DNA from: a virus
Taxonomy: Duplodnaviria > Caudoviricetes
IMG/VR virus record: IMGVR_UViG_3300031555_003590
Span: 1-64,000 of that record
DNA length: 64,000 nt
Direction: 5' to 3' (one strand)
Below the pieces are notes generated by a model. It saw only the letters and a program-made list of their open reading frames with translations, was not told where the DNA came from and made no database searches. Every line of letters starts with the position of its first letter. Position 1 is the stretch's first letter. A program made the position numbers and the translations under genes. This document shows, piece by piece, positions 1 through 7,873 of the stretch.

Positions 1-52
1 TAATATATTTACAATATCTTGATATACTAGAAATACCAATATTTTGAGATAT
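1..52 (-). CDS. 5' fragment of a third tail-tip paralog (I/M-SQNIGISSISRYCKYI...), runs off the window edge; apparent start is ATA
   Basis: RBS GAAGGTGA at 60-67. Translation matches the IG(V/I)xxIAR N-terminal motif of 3740..4591 and 285..1024. Confidence 0.5.
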   Translation of the reverse strand, partial: MSQNIGISSISRYCKYI

Positions 53-284
53 ATATTTATCACCTTCTTTTTGAGACAATATAAAAATTATTGTCCAATT
101 TAATTATTATAAAAAATAATTAACTCAATAATGATCTTCTCTATATTATTACTCCGGTACTCTAAGTATCAACATTTTCATATGTAAGTACAGGTTCATT
201 TAATAAATAACAATCAAGAATATCAGTCTAGACAGTATCTTGAAGTATATATGATAAATACTAATTTATATAGTTTCATTATTT

Positions 285-1024
285 TTAAGATTCGTTCGAT
301 AGCCAGATATCACGAATTCCGTGCCAAACTAGATATTCACTGCTCCTTGATGTTTGATACATGGCAACAGCAAGCATTGTATAGGTTACATCTGTTAAAT
401 CGAATGTATATTCTATAATATCTTTGTCCATCAGTTCACCGCTTGATTGGATAGGGCTCCCGAGATAAATATATCCCATGTTATCATGGTGTCTATAAAG
501 GTCAAAATAACATCCGTAATCGCTGTGACTGTTTATACTGGTTCCTCTGATTTTTAAATATTTATATCCTGTCGGATCGATATGTGTAACACCTATACTT
601 GTTTTATATCCACTATCTCCTGTATCACGAATAGTGTCGGAAAAATAATAGCCAGCTGTATATACACCTGAAGATGTAGGCATGGCTCCAACGACACCGG
701 GAACGTCCGATGAACTACTCATATGTTTAAAATACCGCAAGTCACAACTCATCTCATAAGTATTGGCATACTCGATGTCTTCCGGTGTATTACTTGGTCC
801 TAATGCACTTCGAGAATTACCAGCTCGAAATGCCCACTCTGGTAATGAAGGAGCACTAGATACACCTGTTCCCTGAAAGATGAATTTATCTCCACCGAAG
901 AATTTTCTAGCTATTCCACTAACTCCTATAAAACCATTACTTACACTTCTAGCAACCCCCCCACTCCAATATTTGGGGTTTCTATTTGTCTTGCTATACT
1001 AGATACACCTAAATCAATTGACAT
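285..1024 (-). pseudogene. Tail-tip / receptor-binding paralog, frameshifted at a G7 tract (956-962); G8 would give a 246-aa protein
   Basis: GGAGG RBS, then ATG at 1024: MSIDLGVSSIARQIETPNIGVGG, stop at 941-943. Adding one G gives VARSVSNGFIGVSGIARKFF..., which reads openly into ORF 285..752. Confidence 0.8.
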
Positions 1025-1043
1025 AATAATTTACCTCCAATAT

Positions 1044-2873
1044 TTATTCATATTGGAGGTAAATTCTACCAGTAGTTAGAGCAGTAGTACCAGCAGTCAT
1101 AGCACCAGTACCAGCATATATACGTCTAGCAGCAGCAGTACCAATAGCAGGTTCAGCAGGATACAATGTACTAGTGGATACAGATGAACCAAGTACACTA
1201 GTTTTAGTAGCAGTATTACCAAGCGTAATAGTACCTCTTGCAGATCCAGATGTTCCAGGAGCTACTGCAAGTACCTGAACATTTGATACAGCAGTTGCAG
1301 TATCAGAATTATATGCTTTACCATAGATATACTTAGATTGTGCTAAATAAGTATGTGCATTAACTGCAATAGTAGCACCAGCAATAGCAGTATAAGTAGT
1401 AGCATTGCCAATTGTAACAGTTCCAGGAGCTGATGAAGCAGTACCAGGACTCATTGATGCTATAATATAATTACCTAAAGTTGAACTACTAGCTGTATAT
1501 GATTTACCATAAATGTATCTACTGCCATTCATATAAATATGACCAGTATGAGTAGTATTGCCAGTAATAGTGACACTTGAACCTTTTAGGTTAGTAAGTA
1601 TTGAAGTGTTTCCTAGTTCTAAATTACCAGCAGCTGAACTAGCTGTTCCTGCATTCATTTTAGCTATAATTAAACTAGATACGGCTGTAGCTGTAGCCGA
1701 AGCATATGCTTTGCCGTAAATATATTTACCAGTATTCATTGTAAAATTGCCATTACTAGTAGTTCCACCAGTACCTAAAGTAATAGCACCGCCATCAGTA
1801 TTAATATTAATACCTGTAACAGTAGTTCCATTTGATTTAGCTTGGATTTCATTATTATCAATTTCAATATGGGCAGATGTTCTAGTACCACCTATAACAA
1901 GTGCAGGACCATTATCTGCAATACCAGACATATCTGTTGTTTTAGATAATACTAATGTTCCAGTAAATGTTTTATCACCAGCAATAGTTTGTGCACCAGT
2001 TGTAATAGCACCAGCTGCTGAAGCACTGGCAGCTGCCATTGCAATAGCACCAGAAGAAATAGATAGACCATTTCCTGCAGTAACTTTAACGTGACCATAG
2101 TTACTAGTAGTACCAACCCCATATGTAGTATCACTTGATGCATGAGAAGTAGGAGCTTTTCCATTTAACTGAGTTTGAATAGCAGATGTTACTCCATCTA
2201 AATATCCTAGTTCAGTACTAGTAACTGCTGATACAGCTACTTTTCCATTTGCATCTGAAACTAATGCTCTACTAGCAGTTAGATTACTACTAGTAATAGT
2301 AGTAGCACCACCAGTAATAGTAGCTTGTGCTCCTATATCTACTGGAGTGGGCTTATTATGTTCACCATAAATTTTATATCCATTAGAATTATCATCTATA
2401 CAATCATAAAGTATAAGAGAATTTGATAAATCAGAAAAAGTGTCATGATTAGAATTATATAAATTTAATCCACGTCTAGTAGTAACATCTGATTTTACAT
2501 TAAGATTTTGAATTGAAACAGTATTATCAGTATTTAATACACGCATTTCTGATTCAGTATTATTATCAATTCCTGTGATAAGTGGATTATTTTTTTCAAT
2601 AGTTAAATTACCACTCATTGTATCTCCGGTTTTCTTTACTGCTCCAATATCATCTGGGGTAATAGGATCACTACCGCTACTAGTATGTGTACTAGCATGT
2701 GATGGAACCATATCAGTAGGTACTTTATTATTTTCATCTGTATATAATATATTTACTTTCTTACCATTATTATCTACTAATGCTGATACTGTAGTTCTAG
2801 GATAAATATAAGTACCATCATCATTATGCAAAGTTTGAATTTTTGCATTTGTGGCCATATAATTCACCTCCAT
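1044..2873 (-). CDS. Tail fibre protein, paralog B
   Basis: Ser/Thr/Gly/Ala-rich fibre motifs (GDTMSGNL, IYGEHNKPT, ELGYLDGVTSAIQTQLNGK, YGHVK). N- and C-termini are shared with 4610..6220. Confidence 0.8.
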   Translation of the reverse strand: MEVNYMATNAKIQTLHNDDGTYIYPRTTVSALVDNNGKKVNILYTDENNKVPTDMVPSHASTHTSSGSDPITPDDIGAVKKTGDTMSGNLTIEKNNPLITGIDNNTESEMRVLNTDNTVSIQNLNVKSDVTTRRGLNLYNSNHDTFSDLSNSLILYDCIDDNSNGYKIYGEHNKPTPVDIGAQATITGGATTITSSNLTASRALVSDANGKVAVSAVTSTELGYLDGVTSAIQTQLNGKAPTSHASSDTTYGVGTTSNYGHVKVTAGNGLSISSGAIAMAAASASAAGAITTGAQTIAGDKTFTGTLVLSKTTDMSGIADNGPALVIGGTRTSAHIEIDNNEIQAKSNGTTVTGININTDGGAITLGTGGTTSNGNFTMNTGKYIYGKAYASATATAVSSLIIAKMNAGTASSAAGNLELGNTSILTNLKGSSVTITGNTTHTGHIYMNGSRYIYGKSYTASSSTLGNYIIASMSPGTASSAPGTVTIGNATTYTAIAGATIAVNAHTYLAQSKYIYGKAYNSDTATAVSNVQVLAVAPGTSGSARGTITLGNTATKTSVLGSSVSTSTLYPAEPAIGTAAARRIYAGTGAMTAGTTALTTGRIYLQYE

Positions 2874-3013
2874 ATAAATTTTTATTATTTAAATAATATT
2901 TATTCATAATTATAAATACAATCCCCTTTCTATATAATATTTGTTACTTTTTTATTACTTTAATGGTTCCGAATGAAATTATATATTCTCATAATAGGAA
3001 GGAGTGAATATAA

Positions 3014-3163
3014 TTGAAGAAAAATAAAAAGAAACTTAATGGTAGAGATGATGTTATTATTGTACATGAAGAAAATCCATATCTTAAACATAAGAAAAAT
3101 AGTAAAAAATATTCCATAATTAAAAAAATTTTTAAACCAATAAGATATAATGAGAAGGGATGA
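3014..3163 (+). CDS. Small basic hypothetical protein (49 aa, TTG start)
   Basis: Promoter motif at 2977-2989, RBS AGGAAGGAG, open frame MKKNKKKLNGRDD..., followed by a hairpin. Confidence 0.45.
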   Translation: MKKNKKKLNGRDDVIIVHEENPYLKHKKNSKKYSIIKKIFKPIRYNEKG

Positions 3164-3306
3164 TTATCCCTTCTCATTATATTCTTTATTAATATTATTC
3201 TAGGGTAGAATAATCTACTACAATAGTATCTAGATATTCAATAGATTCATATATCATGGTTTCTACTTCTTTAGTATGAGTGTTTAATTAAATTTTTATT
3301 ATATCA

Positions 3307-3714
3307 TTATTCAGTAAAATCTGCAGGTGCTTTTGTACTCGCAATACCTTTAACACCTAAAGATTTAAACCAAGCATATTGCTCTGACTGAGTCATATCC
3401 TCATCAAGTTCATCTAAATTAACATCCCCAGAAGCTATTTTAGCATTGAGAGAAGCAGAAAAAAGAGTTTCATTACTAATGAAATACTTAGGTACAAATA
3501 ACTCACTCATTTTAGCATTCGCTTCATCTACAGTCATCGTGCTAGTACATAAAGTTGTATCAAAATTACCAATAATTTCTATAAAACTATGCATCATATT
3601 ATCAGAATTAATCTGCCTAATATTATGATCTGAAAGACCTATAATTGAAAATGCTGATCGAGCATTTTCACCAAGATAATCAATTAAATTTCCTTTAAAA
3701 TATGCGATAGTCAT
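3307..3714 (-). CDS. Hypothetical tail-associated protein (possible fibre chaperone)
   Basis: ORF with AGGAGG RBS, last gene of the 6220-3307 cassette. Confidence 0.55.
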   Translation of the reverse strand: MTIAYFKGNLIDYLGENARSAFSIIGLSDHNIRQINSDNMMHSFIEIIGNFDTTLCTSTMTVDEANAKMSELFVPKYFISNETLFSASLNAKIASGDVNLDELDEDMTQSEQYAWFKSLGVKGIASTKAPADFTE

Positions 3715-3739
3715 TGTTATTTAATTCCTCCTTATATTA

Positions 3740-4591
3740 TTAAGATTTTACTCCTACAGCTTTATCTACTATAAAATCTGTTGAATAATTAATTGTTGTA
3801 GTTGTTAATAAAGCACCATTATTAGGATTAATTTCATATAGATAATTTCTATAAGTAATAAATATTCTAGAATCTAGTCCAATAATACCCATAATACTAC
3901 TATTACTACTAAGCGGTGAATCATATGAAGTAAAATTAGATTGTACAAGATCAGTATAAATTCCAGATGCAGAATTTTTTCCTATACTTAATTTTTGACT
4001 ATCATTATATCCATATCGGGCTATTATTCCAGATTTATTTCCTCCATAAGAACCGGCATAAGTAAAATTATCATCACTAATACTACCTGAAGATATAATA
4101 CTTAGATTAGATGAGTTACGAACATATGATGTATAAGAATTATCATCATAACTATACATCCATGTTCCTATACTTACACCTATTCCTGTAGGAGAAGTAA
4201 TAGAGTTAATAACACTAAGATTTTCTAAATTAAGTTGTTGATATGTTTTAGTAGAATTATTATAAATCCAATAATAACCATCTACTCCTTGTGGTATTTC
4301 TTCCCACCAGTCAGTACTTAATGTTCTAACAATAGCACCAGTATCTGGATTTATTTCATTTAATTCTTGATATGTTATATCTGTATATCCTTCACTATCT
4401 TCATATTCATTATAATGAATATGAAGAATCATTTCTCTACCAGTAAGACTACTATAAAACAATCTAGCTATACCATCGGAATCACCAATCCAGGCTTTTA
4501 TTGCTTTTCTAGCAATATTATCTACACCAATCCACATATTTTTACAATTTTGAGCAATATTATTTACTCCGATATTAATTGCTTTACTCAT
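3740..4591 (-). CDS. Tail-tip / receptor-binding protein, paralog A
   Basis: Three IG(V/D)xxIAR-type N-terminal repeats followed by a Ser/Tyr-rich, beta-propeller-like region; directly downstream of the fibre gene. Confidence 0.6.
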   Translation of the reverse strand: MSKAINIGVNNIAQNCKNMWIGVDNIARKAIKAWIGDSDGIARLFYSSLTGREMILHIHYNEYEDSEGYTDITYQELNEINPDTGAIVRTLSTDWWEEIPQGVDGYYWIYNNSTKTYQQLNLENLSVINSITSPTGIGVSIGTWMYSYDDNSYTSYVRNSSNLSIISSGSISDDNFTYAGSYGGNKSGIIARYGYNDSQKLSIGKNSASGIYTDLVQSNFTSYDSPLSSNSSIMGIIGLDSRIFITYRNYLYEINPNNGALLTTTTINYSTDFIVDKAVGVKS

Positions 4592-4609
4592 AATTAAAAA
4601 ACAACCTCC

Positions 4610-6220
4610 TTACTCATACTGAATATATATTTGTCCAGTAGGAAGTTCAGAAGTTCCAGAAGTTAGAGCAGTTGTTCCCGCTGTGATGTTGCGCACCTGA
4701 GCGAGGGTGAGGGATTGATAGCCGCCCGTGATGATCCCCCTCGTGCGGGTCGTCGCGTAGACATTCAGATCCGTCTCATATGTGTTGTATGTGTCTGTGG
4801 TCTCGTCGGCGGCTTCGGGGCTGATGAGCGTCCAGCCCTGATTGCCGAGCGCCTGTATGTTGATCGTCATGTCAACGTCAACCTCTCCCGGCACGAACAC
4901 TTCAAGATAAGCTTTTGCGCCGGAGTAGCTTTTGGGTATCGAAAGCCTGATTTTGGAGACAGGTCGCTTGCTGCCGCTGAAATATGACACATGAAGTGCT
5001 TCCGCGCCCGGATAAGACGAGTATGTCGCCCCTGCAATCACAAAAAGGCTGACATGCGCCGATGATCCTGAGACCTCTATGCTGAAAGCCCCCATATTCC
5101 GCGTCACGCTTGAGCGGGATGAGGCTATTCTATACCAGCCTTCCGCAATAGGGAGAACCCCATTAAGTTCTGAGCCATGAGCAGCTTGGATATTAGTTCT
5201 AACAATTGCATCATCAACATTAGATAATGTATTATCTGCTGCTCCTACTTCATTAGCAGTATAAGTAGGTTTAGTAGATGCTTTAGCCCATTCAGGTACA
5301 GTAGGATCTGTTTCAGTATAACTAGTAAGATATCCACTATCATTTGTTAATTCACTAGTTTTAGTAGGAACAACAATAGCATCTATTAAACTCTTTAATA
5401 CAACACCTTGAGCAGCAGATAAAGGTTTAGTAGACACATTAGTAGTTAAATTATCAATAATATCAGATACATTGACTTTATTAGTAGTAATTGCATCAAT
5501 TAATGATTTATTAGATTTAATATATGCTACAATTTCACTTAATTGATCTAATGTAGTATCATCACTATCTGCTAATGTATTAAGTTTTGTAGTTAATTCA
5601 GTTATTAATAAACGAACATCATTATGTGAAGTATTATCAGTATTATGAGATGAAATTTCTTCATCAGTATATTTATTAGCAGTAGATAAAGCATTATCAG
5701 CACTACCAATAGGATCAGCACCTACTTGTTCTGCAGTAACACTATGAGGATTATTTTTATCACTAGTATGATTATCTAAATTAGTCTGAACAACTGAAGC
5801 TGCTCCAGCAGTTTCTACATTACTTAATTCATCAGGTAGTTGTTCTAGTGGAACTTTACCACTATCATCTAGTGTTGCTACACCACCTGGTACTCCTTTA
5901 GCATCTTCATAAATAGGTTCTGGTAATAATTCTACATCCTCGCTATCACTGCCGTCATCTGAATATACTAGATTATTTAATAATTGTCTAATATCTTCAT
6001 GTGCATTAGAATCAGTATTATGAGCTTCTATTTCTGAGCTTACATCAACATTAATATCATCTGGTAACATTTCAGATGGAATTTTATTATTTTCATCTGT
6101 ATAAACTATATTAACTTTTTTACCAGTATCATCTACTAGCGCACTAACTGTAGTACGTGGATAAATATCAGTAGTACCATCAGAACTAACTAAAGTTTCA
6201 ATAATAGCTTTAGTTGACAT
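4610..6220 (-). CDS. Tail fibre protein, paralog A, with an internal high-GC domain
   Basis: HNTDSNAHEDIR, NPHSVTAEQVGA, TKTSELTNDSGY and ETDPTVPEWAK fibre motifs; C-terminal GQIYIQYE. Confidence 0.8.
   Translation of the reverse strand: MSTKAIIETLVSSDGTTDIYPRTTVSALVDDTGKKVNIVYTDENNKIPSEMLPDDINVDVSSEIEAHNTDSNAHEDIRQLLNNLVYSDDGSDSEDVELLPEPIYEDAKGVPGGVATLDDSGKVPLEQLPDELSNVETAGAASVVQTNLDNHTSDKNNPHSVTAEQVGADPIGSADNALSTANKYTDEEISSHNTDNTSHNDVRLLITELTTKLNTLADSDDTTLDQLSEIVAYIKSNKSLIDAITTNKVNVSDIIDNLTTNVSTKPLSAAQGVVLKSLIDAIVVPTKTSELTNDSGYLTSYTETDPTVPEWAKASTKPTYTANEVGAADNTLSNVDDAIVRTNIQAAHGSELNGVLPIAEGWYRIASSRSSVTRNMGAFSIEVSGSSAHVSLFVIAGATYSSYPGAEALHVSYFSGSKRPVSKIRLSIPKSYSGAKAYLEVFVPGEVDVDMTINIQALGNQGWTLISPEAADETTDTYNTYETDLNVYATTRTRGIITGGYQSLTLAQVRNITAGTTALTSGTSELPTGQIYIQYE
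5841..5941. repeat. 101-bp direct repeat, copy 1 (copy 2 at 9741..9841, 1 mismatch)
   Basis: Both copies encode EDVELLPEPIYEDAKGVPGG(V/I)ATLDDSGKVPLEQ. Confidence 0.95.
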
Positions 6221-6260
6221 ATATAAACACTTCCTTTCATAATATTTATTTAAAACTTTA

Positions 6261-6291
6261 ATTAGAGGTGGGTGATTTACCCACCTCTAAT
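6261..6291. terminator. Intrinsic terminator hairpin
   Basis: ATTAGAGGTGGGT-N5-ACCCACCTCTAAT. Confidence 0.7.
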
Positions 6292-6304
6292 ATTATTAAT
6301 TATT

Positions 6305-6541
6305 TTATAATATTAAATTTTTAATTCCGGTATTTTCAATTTTCAGATATGGTTTAGTATAGAATTCTTGTTTTTGTCTATTAATAAAAATTTGATTATA
6401 TGGAAAATTAATTTTATTATCAATAACAAATTTAAATTGAACTCTACTACCATCATCATTACTACAATCAGGATTATTACATACATAATGAGTATCTGAA
6501 ATGAGAGTAGTATTATTAGTCATACATTTAGGACATAGCAT
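6305..6541 (-). CDS. Small Zn-ribbon protein
   Basis: CPKC...CNNPDC. Confidence 0.6.
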   Translation of the reverse strand: MLCPKCMTNNTTLISDTHYVCNNPDCSNDDGSRVQFKFVIDNKINFPYNQIFINRQKQEFYTKPYLKIENTGIKNLIL

Positions 6542-6549
6542 AATTATAT

Positions 6550-6978
6550 TTACCTCCTACCAAATAATGTATAGTGAGGTTTTTCTTCATTAAACCATTT
6601 ATAACGTAACCAATCATCTACTAATACTGCTATTATAGATAATCCTATCCATGCAATAATAAATGGTAAACAAATTTGCCCCATTATATTAAATGGTAAA
6701 TTTGAATAATCCCAAATATTTAAATTAAGCCATACATTTAAAATTATTCCAGATAAAAATTCTACTATAGTTACTATAATAGATCCGATTATACCTTGAA
6801 GAATTAATGACATATTCCAAGGAAAGAATTCATTAATTGCTCCTATTAGTATAAAACATAATCCACCTACAACACCCATAGTCCAATGAGTATGACCTCT
6901 CCATAATATTTCAATTATTAAATATAATATACCACCGGTTAGAAATAATGAAACTGCCTTTTGTATATGATTTTTCAT
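6550..6978 (-). CDS. Membrane protein of the 'putative ABC permease' type common in Firmicutes phage tail/lysis modules
   Basis: Four hydrophobic segments; IEILWRG-THWTM-GG and WDYS-LPFN-GQICL motifs. Confidence 0.75.
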   Translation of the reverse strand: MKNHIQKAVSLFLTGGILYLIIEILWRGHTHWTMGVVGGLCFILIGAINEFFPWNMSLILQGIIGSIIVTIVEFLSGIILNVWLNLNIWDYSNLPFNIMGQICLPFIIAWIGLSIIAVLVDDWLRYKWFNEEKPHYTLFGRR

Positions 6979-6980
6979 TA

Positions 6981-7667
6981 TTATACACCATTAGTTGAAG
7001 TAAGGATTTGTTGCATATTAGTGGCTAGGTCTTCAGGAAGATTATCAGCACTATAGGTAATAGATTGAATCTCTTCTAAAGTTTCTGCTCTACGAACCCA
7101 AGTAAGCAAATGATTGCATAAAGTAGTATGATATAATTTATGAGCAGTAGCTGCATTAGCAATATTAGTAATTTCTTCTGCAGTAAACATACGACAAAGA
7201 GAACCATCTGCATGATATGGATACTCAGTAGCACCCTGTTGAACAGCGGTAAATGCATTAGTTAAGTTAATTTGATCAGTTTCTTGTAATGAAAAATGTT
7301 CAGTACCTACTGAAGTTTCTACATCCATACCAGTTACAATAGCTTTATTGCATGCAGTAGAAATTTCTTGTTCTTTATTAGCACGGGTAGGTTCTAACAT
7401 CATTGCCGATTTAGTAGCATTAAGTTCTTCGTCAGAACGTTTAACTACTTCACCATTCTCATATTTGTATAATGGAATCATAAGTTCAAAATCAAATAGA
7501 ATAGGATTTTCTTCTCCATCAGAGAATAAACGGAACTGATAACCACCTTGTTCATTAATACAAATATCACTTTCTTTAGGCTGTTCAAATGCATCTGAAA
7601 ATCCTTTAATGATACAATTATTTTCACCAATGGTAATATAGTGTTTATTATAGAACATTTCTTCCAT
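6981..7667 (-). CDS. Tail fibre assembly/chaperone protein (DUF4376-like C-terminus)
   Basis: HFSL..TDQINL...YHADG..CR.FT..EI motif; lies downstream of a fibre gene. Confidence 0.7.
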   Translation of the reverse strand: MEEMFYNKHYITIGENNCIIKGFSDAFEQPKESDICINEQGGYQFRLFSDGEENPILFDFELMIPLYKYENGEVVKRSDEELNATKSAMMLEPTRANKEQEISTACNKAIVTGMDVETSVGTEHFSLQETDQINLTNAFTAVQQGATEYPYHADGSLCRMFTAEEITNIANAATAHKLYHTTLCNHLLTWVRRAETLEEIQSITYSADNLPEDLATNMQQILTSTNGV

Positions 7668-7710
7668 ATGTTAAATCTCTCCTTATTTATATTAAATAAA
7701 GTTTATTTTA

Positions 7711-7861
7711 GAACAGCTGGAACTGGCACCCTCCCCATATTCGTTGATGCATATGTCATTCTCAATTAGTGCACGAGATATGTGTGGCCCGTCTGACCAT
7801 TTGTCGATAATACATCCGTCCTCACGGGTGCGGATGTAGTGTCTGTTGTAAACTCGTCCAT
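7711..7861 (-). pseudogene. High-GC frameshifted, truncated paralog of the 6981..7667 chaperone N-terminus
   Basis: AGGAGG RBS, MDEF/YNRHYIRTREDGCIIDKWSDG...DICINEYG../QFQLF aligns with MEEMFYNKHYITIGENNCIIKGFSD...DICINEQGGYQFRLF. Confidence 0.8.
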
Positions 7862-7873
7862 GTGCATTCCTCC

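Noticed and set aside
2989-3177. Minus-strand 62-aa ORF
   Set aside because: No RBS; the opposite strand has a promoter, RBS and ORF (3014..3163).
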